Part shown: piece after piece, positions 10,534 through 19,707 of the stretch
How positions within the stretch are numbered: position 1 is the stretch's first letter
How the letters are laid out: each line of letters starts with the position of its first letter
Source: Azolla caroliniana
Taxonomy: Eukaryota > Plantae > Polypodiophyta
Length of the DNA stretch: 19,707 nucleotides
Direction: 5' to 3'
Assembly (NCBI GenBank): GCA_043228905.1
Contig: JBHGNT010000592.1
Location: 1 to 19,707, forward strand
Translations under genes and position numbers: made by a program
Notes under the pieces: generated by a model
The model's database searches: none
What the model was told of the DNA's origin: nothing
What the model saw: the letters and a program-made list of their open reading frames with translations, nothing else

Positions 10534-11763
10534 ATACATTACAACCTTACACCTTTGATTGTAGGTAAAAGTTACCTACAACACTTGGGAAGTGCACCAG
10601 TCAGAGTGGTTACTAAAATTGGAAAGAAATGGATGCTTGATCCTTATCCTTCAATTGCTCATATGTGTGATATGTTGTGGTTATATGCAAAAGACCCGGT
10701 TGCAAGATTAACATGGGATTCGAGGGGTTGGTTTTGATCACATTCCTTGGGAGATCAGATCATAATGGTTCCCTTCTTTCAGTACTTAGTAAAACTTGGA
10801 AGATCATTACTGCTCTCTCGGAATGCAAGGATACCAGTAGCTCATAAACATTGGCCCACCTGGGGGGGTCTCAACTTTGCATATAAAAACCTATTGGAGA
10901 TGGATTTGGTCATTGAAGAGGCCAACTAAATTTATTCTCTTCATATGGCTATTAGTGCATACAGAATTACCAATTGGTCACTCATTGAAAGGGAATGTAA
11001 CACCCAATCTTCGACAATGTGGCTTTTGCCATGAAGCTCAAGAGACTACCAAGTATGCCCCCTGGTCATGATGCCCCTTGGCTCAACAAGTATGGAATAA
11101 AGTTCTTTTGTTATTTTTAACAATCAATGTCGGCTGCCTATTTTCATGGGGATCAGCGATGTGGGGAGTGTTACATTCCAGTTTGATGTTGTATGAGGCA
11201 AACGATGTTCAGGAGGCAATGATGGTACATAATAGAAGATTGATATTAGTCAGCCCCTTTCAACAACCTCGAAAGTAGGTGCAATCTGTCTAGGTATGGA
11301 AAATAGTGACTAAAATAATGCTATGGGCATTATGGAAATGTCGATGCAACCGACTTTATATGTGGCAGATCAGCGTCTCTCATATGTCCTGCTTGCAATA
11401 TGGGAGAACTTGCTAGCAGTAGTTCGCAACCAATATGACAACATGCAAGGTTCACCAAAGACTGTGAACAAGAGAAAGACTAAGCTTCTTCACTTATGGA
11501 AAAGTCACCCCTGTTTACAAAGTCAACTCAAGGGCCTCAATGGAACTATCAACTTCCATGAACCCTTTCTTGAATACCAATGAATCATGGCAGTGTAGGA
11601 GCAAATGCCAACACCTTTTACAAAGTTCTATCTTTGGTCTTAGGATTAATGTACATCATTGTACATGAAAAATTGTAAGCTTTTGGGTAGACCAACTCAA
11701 TTTGAAGCATTCAAATGTTTTTTCTTAATACTACTGAAGAAAATCTTTGAGGGGAAAAAAAAA
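10534..11763 (+). mobile_element. LINE-C: 5'-truncated L1-clade LINE with poly(A) tail and 12-bp TSD AGATCATTAATC (10522-10533 / 11764-11775)
   Basis: Perfect flanking direct repeat and A10 at 11755-11764. zf-RVT region reads YWRWIWSLKRPTKFILFIWLLVHTELPIG..CGFCHEAQET..CPLAQQVW, then LWALWKCRCNRLY. Colinear protein similarity with LINE-A 9460-9860 (PVRV..DP.P..L.WD..PFF.Y.V..GR..IP..W..LP.G). Confidence 0.9.
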
Positions 11764-14173
11764 AGATCATTAATCTAAAATGTATCTTTAGAAAACTAGC
11801 TTATGGCATATTGAATCCTTGGAAGGCATTGGGTTCTACATATCTATTAGTAGCTACTCTAGATATAATAATTTTCACAATCTCATTATGATTCCTTGAC
11901 TAACACTCGAGCTAATGGAATAAAGACATACACATTTTCTTTGGTGAATGTTAGTAGTTGAAACTTGAGACATCAACTTTGCATAGATTCATAGATTTAG
12001 GTGAAACTAGAATATCCTGAAAAATAAAATATCATCATCGTTTCTAAAAATGATTCATAATGATCCACTTCTTAGAAGGAAACATTTTCCTCCATGGTAG
12101 GTTTCTTTGTATGGTTTGGTGGTCAATTGAATATTTTACTACCTAGTCTTGGATGATTTTAGGAAATCTAGTTGTCATTACTCAAACAATCTTGAAACAT
12201 ATGCTAGCAATTTTTTATAAGTCAAATTGGCTATATCTTCATTGGAATATACATAATGATAACCTATGCCCTTATCCATATAATGATTGACCTTAGAACT
12301 TTTGATTGTGTTGGGCTATTTAGTTTGAGAAATGGAAATGATCATTTCTAGATTATATGACATCATAGACACAAGGTCTTGTTCTAACAATCTTTTTGGT
12401 TTTACGTTTCACCATCCCTTGGATATATTTTTCAGATACTAGCTTTTTTTGCAAACTTTATCACTTTTGGGATATGATGGAAAGCTTGTGTTGCATCCAT
12501 TAGTTTGGATAGCACTTGCCATATCTTCATTTCTCTTTATCATTGAACTTGGACTCCACCTTTCTCTTTATCATTGTTTCCTACCCCTTGGTTTTTGAAA
12601 AATATGGTGATTATTCACCTCAACAATTTCATATCATTCCAAGGGTATCTAAAACACAAATCGGATGGCATCATGAAGCTTTGGTAGAGTTTCTACCAGC
12701 ATCAATTGCATTTGTAAGTTTTTTTTTCGTTGTCATTTTTACTCCTATGGAATCTATATAGTCTATTGTCTAATCTCTTTCCTTGCTAATTTATTTTTAA
12801 GAAAAACAAAAGCTTAGAATTAGTGTATTCTTAAATTCATTGAAACAATTTATTTGAGTTTGATTAATAAATCAAAAGGTTAGATTGATAATTTAAATGT
12901 ACTTACATTATGAGTAACATGATCCGTCTAAGTTGTTTAGATTTTTTTATCAATGGAACAAGGGACAATAGGTGTCTTTCTATCTTTTTGGATTAATGGT
13001 CTTCATTTTTTGTAAACGAATACAATATAGGTTCTCTAAGTGTTGCTAAAATCAACTGAAATTCTTTTCGAAACCAAGAGTTGTGCAAAACTAGAGTGTC
13101 ATGCGGGTCTGAAGGAGCACACAAATTGAAAATCTTCTTTTAAACTCTAACTCTTCCACCAAGGCTCATATTTGGAAAGGTAAACATGGAGTTCATAAAA
13201 CAATTGTTCATGTTTTAGTGAGTTCCAATCTTACCACTATTACATTTTGGATTGTATAGGATAAACAATGCCTCAATGTTCTACCAATGCTTTGAGATTC
13301 AAGGGTACTCACAAGAGTACACCATATACAACCCCAATTGTAGTGGAGAATGCAATATGGTGTTGAAGACAAAAGATCCTAAGGTCAAATAGTGAACTTT
13401 GATTGGATAGCAATATACTTCTCTATATTTCGTGTTAGCAAAGATCAAGCATCTATAAAAACCAAACAGACTCTCTTTTGATTAAAGAAGATGGTGGGAA
13501 TAGAGAATGGATTTCATGCTCCAAGTAAAAGAGCGACCATAAGTAAAACAAAATAACTTTACTTGAATAAGGACAATGCAACGATCAACGATGGAGAGGA
13601 GGATCAAAGCAACAATTCTTAAATATAACAAGAATGTGCAACAATGATCTTATGCATGTCTAAGCTTCAAATGTAAGAACTATGATTTTTCATGGATTCC
13701 AATAGGGTATCTATTTCACCCCAAGATAAGGGTACCTATGCCAGGAGTAATGCCTATAACTTAATGTGGTATCTACACATGGCACATGCCCACTCTAATC
13801 GATATCCTATCCATAGTGCAATCTGTTGAGGGCAGCTGTGTGTGTCTTGTGGCCATAGGGCAAGTAAAAGAGAAATTTAATGGATGTTTTGCTTGTCTTC
13901 TTCAATGGTCGCATCCGTGTGTTCGAACTCCGAACGAGGAGAGGAGCATTGCGCCAGGCATGTATGATGTATTATGTGCATATGCATATGTATGTTCATT
14001 GGTTCCAGTAAACTTTGGAACTTAGAGATGGAGAGAGACCACCTCGTTTTGAAGGTGTGAAACCATAAACGCATGTATGTAGAAATTTTGAAAAAAAGGA
14101 ATGAAAGGTGGGAAGGAAAGCATTAAAAGCTTTCTATATTTACTCTCCCTTCTTCAAGACAGAAGAGTCAAGG

Positions 14174-14197
14174 TTAGGGTTAGGGTTAGGGTTAGGG
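14174..14197 (+). repeat. (TTAGGG)4 telomere-type repeat 30 nt upstream of the ATG; overlapping and nearby telo-box motifs TAGGGTTT (14193-14200, 14211-14218, 14459-14466)
   Basis: Read directly from sequence. The telo-box (AAACCCTA) is an established plant promoter/5'UTR element. Confidence 0.9.
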
Positions 14198-14227
14198 TTT
14201 TGGATTTTTATAGGGTTTTCTGCAGGC

Positions 14228-16091
14228 ATGGGGTTCACCTCCTTCTTCGGCCGTCTTCTTTTCTCTTCGATTTTCATCCTTTCGGCTTGGCACAAGTAAA
14301 CTCTGTCCTCCCTGCCTTTTTTTTCCTTATTGCTTTTCGCTTTTATCTGTTTATCGTATTTTATTTGTTATGTTGTTTTTGTCTTCTTTCTTCTGACTGT
14401 GATGGATCAAATCAAAGTTGCGTCTTACACATCTACGGTTTTTAATTGTTTTTGTTTTTAGGGTTTTACCTTGTTCTTTTTATTATCTGGTAAGATAATT
14501 GTGAGCTTATGATCAATGATTTCTGAAAGAAGTATTATGTTGCGATTGAATTGTGCCAAAGGAATATAAAGCTTTCTTTTTATTTGCTTGATTTGTGAAT
14601 GCCAAAATGTTGTTAAAGCATTTTCGTGATTAAATGTATTATGTGGCAATATCATATTTTATGAGATATTATGATACATTATTCTATGATTTTTATATGG
14701 CTACATGAAGGAATTATACCACATCAATAAAGTTGTGCGAATTTATATTTTGTAACCTATATCTACGACTGTATCGTATCAAGCAGAATCAATGATTTTG
14801 GACATGATGGAGGGAGCATTTTGAAGGCGATGGAGCCGAAGATCACTACTCTACGGAGTCATGTTAATTCTTTTGGCATTTTACTGCCTGAGATTGAGGT
14901 ATATATAAAAATCGCGATTATTCTAATTGAAATGACTCCCGAATGCCCTTGGCCAACCCCTGTCTCTCGAGGTTGACAAGCAACATTTGGAGACATAACA
15001 GAAATTTTTAAGTTAGGGTCTTTCAGTGGACATATGAAAAGCTTGAGAGGGTGCAATCCCAAAGTTTTTGCAGGCATTCATAATCCATATGAAACGCCAA
15101 ACAATAATTTATCTACAATTGCAATCCATACAAATGACAGATTTACAATTACAAATGCTTATCGGGGATTTTTTTTGTTTGTTTCATTATATTCCAAGAC
15201 AGTTCTTTTGTTTATACAATTGGTAGCATTTGTTTTGTAGCTCAAACACATGGTTATTGGATGGATAGCATTGGAAGGTCTTGGCGGAATACTTTTCACA
15301 CTCGGATCTAGTCTTGGAGCTTATTCGCTGGTACTGGTTTTCTTTACATTTGTCAGATAATTCCTCCCAGAAAAGAACCTTGGTACTTTAACAAATGCAC
15401 TAATTTCTTCACGAAAGTTTTTCACACTGAAACCATTAATTATTCTCTTAAATGACATGTAAATTGAGTCAAATTTTGCTTTTTGAATTGTAAAAAATTA
15501 TTTTGATTTTTGTTTCAAGATTGTGACCTTTTTTATTTGTGTCAAAAGAATTTGGAAATGGAAATTCAGTTTGTAATACAACATAGATCAGGTTTTTATT
15601 TTAAACACTTTTTTAAATTATGTGGATTAGTTTTGTGATTCTCTTATCAGTTGATATTCCTGGCGGTTTTCACGCCTATTATGCACGACTTCTACAATTA
15701 TGCACCGTCAACCTCACAATATGCTGAAGAATTTTACAAGTTTTTAACGGTGAATATGAAAACTCGCATCTTTTCATTTTCTTCAATAGTTTCTGAATTT
15801 TTTTAATGACTGTTTAACTTGCATCTTTCCATTTTCTTCAATAGTTTCTGAAATTTTTTAATCATTATGTTTTGAGTTTGAGGATTGTATGCCAAAACTA
15901 GATTTTTTATGTGAAAGTTTTGATCCATTGTGTTAAGTTAATTGTATGATCAATTTTCTATTATTAAAGTTAAAAGTTTGATTCCAATATAGAACCTCTC
16001 GCTCTTTGGAGCCCTTCTCTTCTTCTTGGGAGCAAACAATCATGGATCCAAGAAGTCAAAGAAGAGAGTCATTAAAACAAAGGCGAATTGA
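14228..16091 (+). CDS. HR-like lesion-inducing (Nicotiana lesion-inducing-like, HR_lesion family) membrane protein, 155 aa; exons 14228-14295, 14787-14898, 15241-15330, 15651-15749, 15993-16091
   Basis: Four GT-AG introns (phases 2,0,0,0) give an open 468-nt CDS: MGFTSFFGRLLFSSIFILSAWHKINDFGHDGGSILKAMEPKITTLRSHVNSFGILLPEIELKHMVIGWIALEGLGGILFTLGSSLGAYSLLIFLAVFTPIMHDFYNYAPSTSQYAEEFYKFLTNLSLFGALLFFLGANNHGSKKSKKRVIKTKAN*. Family hallmarks: MGF.SF.GR.LF.S.FILSAW, FG.DGG, GLGG.LF..GS..GAY, P...DFYNY, L.GALLFF.G. Confidence 0.93.
15761..15862. repeat. Tandem duplication in intron 4, period 55 bp
   Basis: AACTCGCATCTTTTCATTTTCTTCAATAGTTTCTGAATTTTTTTAAT (15761-15807) recurs at 15816-15862 with few substitutions. 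Confidence 0.9.
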
Positions 16092-16276
16092 AGGAAGGGG
16101 CCATAAAGTGGTTGAATTCCAGAGGAAGAGCACCGAAGAGCACCAATTTCCAGAGTTTTGTTTTGTATGTGGAAAATAAGCCTCCAATACTTCAGTGTCC
16201 CTTTGTCTGACACTTTTTCTGCTCGGAGTTTTGTGTAGTGTGCACATTTTTGCATCAATTTTGTAGGTTGAACCTT

Positions 16277-16646
16277 GTGATATAGCATACTTTTTGGGGT
16301 TTCTTACATCCCTTGAAGATGCTCACAACCATATAGAAATTATGTATTTTGCTTTGTATATTGTAATATCTGGTGCATTATAACTTATGCCCCTCAAAAA
16401 TATTGCAAATACTTGCCTTCCTATGTATGGATTGATTGTGCTTAAGACATTGTAATATGTGATATTAGCAACATGTTGTGTTTTGGCCCTTGAAAATGTT
16501 CACAACCTTATAGGGCTTATGGATTGTTTTATATATTGTAATATCTGGGTGCACGATAACTATGGCCCTCAAAAGTATTTCAAATACTTGACTTCTAATG
16601 TATGTACTGATAGTGCTTTCGATATTGTAATATGTGATATTAGCAA
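16277..16646. repeat. Diverged tandem duplication, period ~176 bp (~2 copies), in the 3'UTR/downstream region
   Basis: CCCTTGAA.ATG.TCACAACC.TATAG...TATATTGTAATATCTGG...CCCTCAAAA..CAAATACTTG...ATTGTAATATGTGATATTAGCAA at 16310-16471 and 16487-16646. Confidence 0.85.
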
Positions 16647-17749
16647 AAGGATTGTCTTGTTAAGGCTATTGCTATGCATTAGATTGCTAACTTCTAATTA
16701 AACATGTACACATTACTCTCATTACATGCACATTTTGGTTTATCATTCTATCGTGCTCCCTGATCATTTAAATGGTTTAATTTATCTAGCTAGCTCAATG
16801 ATGACATGTTTTAGGCTAGAAACCTACATGTTTTGTCAAACTTAGGCACCTCTTTCTGTTCCAATTCTAGTTGCTCATGCAAGTTCAGTCCCTTTTAGTC
16901 TAAGGATACTCTTCTTGCTCCCCTATTTCAGGTAAAGCCAAAACCTAAACCCTCTATTAAATATTAGAAAATCAATGCCATTGATTCTTGCACAGTGACA
17001 CACACACTTGCTGCCTTCTGCATGCTCAATAGAACCCATTCGGTTTAAGAGGCATTTAGACACTTTTGCACAACATGCCATTTCTCCATAAATCCGTACA
17101 TAATTTGCAGATACTTTTGAACAACTAATCTACTACCTTCCAATGTAATCGGGAGAAGTCCACTTGAAGGCTATCTTGGAGTCCACCATTAGCAAGCCCT
17201 TGCTCACACACGCCTTGGCTTGATCGCTTGACAAACTTGCATGTAGTGCATTCTAAAACTTAAATACAATCAATGCCCCAATTGCTTGCTTCCCAAGGTA
17301 ATTAGATGACATTTACCCCATTTTAGGCTTTTTTCCCTCTTCTTTTTATTCTAAGAGTTTTTGGACTATGATTAGACATTGGCCACTTCTTTCTCATCTT
17401 GGATTTGGGTTATTCTAAGGGGGTTCTTCTTGCTCAAACAAGGGAAAAAGACAACTAAAGGAGGATCTCGAAGAGAAGGACGCAAAAAAGGGTGTGGAAA
17501 GCTTCGACAACAAAAGGTGTGACGATCGTTGCTTGTGAGCTCGAGCCACCGAAACTCAAGAGCCATTCCTCCATGCTTACTTTCCTATTCCCTAGCAACT
17601 ATTCCATTGTAATCACTCATTATAAACCCTAACTTGAAAGGGAGTATTATGTAAAAAAATTTGTGGGTGTAAAGGTTAAACCTTCACCCTTGAGTAGTAC
17701 ACACACACACAAAAAAAAAAACTCAAGTTTGCACAACAACATGTATTCC

Positions 17750-18290
17750 CAAAAGCATGAGACATCGTATCCACTGCAACAATCATCACAAATCCCACTT
17801 CAACAATCATTATGGCATGAACTTGTCAAATAGTGAGGAAGTCTCCCTAGATATATATCACCATGAACACCACACTTTTCCAAGAATATCACAATTCACA
17901 ACTATGGTGACCTTCAGGATTGACTCACGATTGTCAAAATCCACTAAGGCCACCTCTATAGGTTACCTTGACCAATATGGGCAATGGGCATCACACACCA
18001 CCCTAGGATAGTCTCCATCATCCATTGCAACCTCTTGTTCCACAACCTCCATGGGCCTGACCCCCCTCTCAATAGCCCCACAATTGTGGTGATTCTATTG
18101 CAACAAACCTCGACACTACATTGATTATTGTTTGTTGCATCAAGTCGGTCAGTATGCCAAAGGTTGCATCATCAACTTCATTGAGTCCACCAAGCATGGG
18201 CTAGCTAACAACGCATGGCCATCAACTCATCGCCTGCCTAAACAAGAAATTTGCCACCAAACTTATACTTTGGTCTGAGAAGAGCCCACA
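17750..18290 (+). mobile_element. Possible highly decayed LTR-retrotransposon gag relic
   Basis: A C/A-rich stretch leads to *FYCNKPRHYIDYC (18090-18131), a decayed CX2CX4HX4C knuckle, followed by INFIE. No other domain recognised. Confidence 0.3.
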
Positions 18291-19669
18291 CGAAGAATAC
18301 TACATGTGTGGTCCTACATAGCACAAGAGTTGCCATCACAACCACTAGCTTTAACAACACAAACACCATGGTGAAAGAGATATAATTGTAATATCTTATA
18401 AAGAGGAAGAACTATAAACGTGAATATATAAAACTTTTAAGGGTTCTTTGTCATTATAAACCTTAGAACTCAATTAGTTGTGACTCTCACTTGCTTCCTC
18501 TAATTGTTTCCCTAATCTCAATCCCTAATCCTAATCTTTGTATCTAATTAAACATACAATTATTTAAGCAAATTAACGGAAACTAAGACATGACGGTAAT
18601 TTCCCGTCATCGTCATTCTCTAAGGAAACTCATCAAACTTGGTAAAGTCTTTTATATGATTGATTTTATCATTAATCATGTGAATGTGATTTAGTTATAG
18701 AGAATTATTAGAGTTTGATTCAGTAGTTAGTTTGTACATAAGTAACTCAAAAGAAATTGACTCTTGCTCTCACCTATCTTGCCAATAAAATGGTAGATGG
18801 TGATACGTCCCCACACCTAAACCTTAAAGTGGTTCTCAAGAAGAACAATGTAGTATGAAGTAATAACACTGGAAGACTATATGTTTGGCTTTATTGTGGG
18901 AGAGAATCACCTTATGATGTTTGTGATGAGCTTTTCATAAGCTCCCACTCACATCATGTTGAGTGCTTGTGAACTTGAGACCCTAAAAAACTATCATTGT
19001 TGTGAGTGCATGTGTTATGAGCATCAACAAGTCCCATTCTGGTGAATACTCCTCTTGATACTACCAACAACTCCTATTGTGGTGAATTATCGTTTTTGAG
19101 TTTTCAAATTCCAACTAACGTAGAAAATGTTCATTAGTAAGTTCATAGAAGGGTTTGGTTATCATGATTCTTAAGAACCCCCAAAAAGTACATAAATTGT
19201 GCCTCCACCACTTCCCAACAATAAAAAAACCAATGACAAGTTCATGGGTTTTAAAATATCATTTTAAATGAGAATAGTGGGGCTCCACTAGAACTTCTAC
19301 TTTTCCCTCCCTCAAGAAGAGTTTGCTAGAGTTAAAAAGAGTATAAGACCTCATGTGTATTAAAGAAGAAATGATCATGAACATTAAGGAACTTCAATAA
19401 AGACACGGAGCTCTAGTCAAAAATAGCCAACTAAAGGTAAACACCCAAACTAGATGCTAATTGAACACAATCTATGGTAGTAGAATGCACAAGGTTTTGT
19501 TGTTGGTGAACTTAAAGATGTTAAGTGCAATACTACTTTCAAAATTCCATAAGCATACTCAAGTTTAACTTTGCCAACAACTCAATTTATCAGTAAGAGC
19601 CACCTACAAATATCACATCAATAGGGCCAAGATAAAAACTCAAGCACAAAACCAATGATGACGAAGATT

Positions 19670-19707
19670 GGTGGATTATAGATTTAACCATTGATCTATA
19701 ATCCACC
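19670..19707. other. Perfect 14-bp inverted repeat (hairpin) with 10-nt loop, at the window edge
   Basis: GGTGGATTATAGAT (19670-19683) is the exact reverse complement of ATCTATAATCCACC (19694-19707). Confidence 0.9.

Noticed and set aside
4875-11763. One full-length LINE with a duplicated C-terminal domain
   Set aside because: The TSD around 10534-11763 and three distinct zf-RVT segments show separate insertions.
11776-13780. Intergenic region with short ORFs (e.g. 12516-12761)
   Set aside because: No motif I can support; may be very old TE debris, and needs a repeat-library search.
13906-13932. GTTCGAACTCC as a Pol III B-box (tRNA/SINE)
   Set aside because: No convincing A-box, cloverleaf, tail or TSD.
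14101-14445. 114-aa ORF with an RVRVRV tract
   Set aside because: Off-frame reading of (TTAGGG)4, exon 1 and the T-rich intron 1 of the real gene.
14930-15090. Slightly GC-richer island in intron 2 as a snoRNA or MITE
   Set aside because: No clean C/D or H/ACA boxes and no terminal inverted repeats found by eye.
17699-17721. (AC)n plus A-run as a retroelement tail
   Set aside because: No TSD or recognisable upstream LINE/SINE body; treated as a simple repeat.
18587-18614. Short hairpin ATGACGG...CCGTCAT
   Set aside because: A 7-bp core stem is expected by chance in 20 kb, and there is no supporting context.

Overview
AT-rich eukaryotic (land-plant) nuclear DNA; a bryophyte or other non-seed plant is my guess only. 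Two spliced host genes bracket a transposon-rich interval. The first is the last three coding exons of a probable kinesin-14 (KCH-type) gene (1-1771, +). The second is a complete 5-exon, 155-aa HR-like lesion-inducing family membrane-protein gene (14228-16091, +), preceded by (TTAGGG)4. Between them lie local duplications, a decayed minus-strand LINE RT fragment (~3325-4520) and a nest of three decayed L1-clade LINEs (~4707-11763). The most notable structure is LINE-A: its poly(A) tail and 3'UTR are on the minus strand while its ~5 kb ORF1-ORF2 body is on the plus strand. This geometry fits a twin-priming 5' inversion, and the element appears to split an older LINE (B). A third LINE (C), with a perfect 12-bp TSD, sits at B's tail. 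The right end holds faint LTR-retrotransposon relics and a perfect 14-bp hairpin cut by the window edge. I see no convincing novel multi-gene system. All family calls come from manual translation and motif recognition, not database searches.
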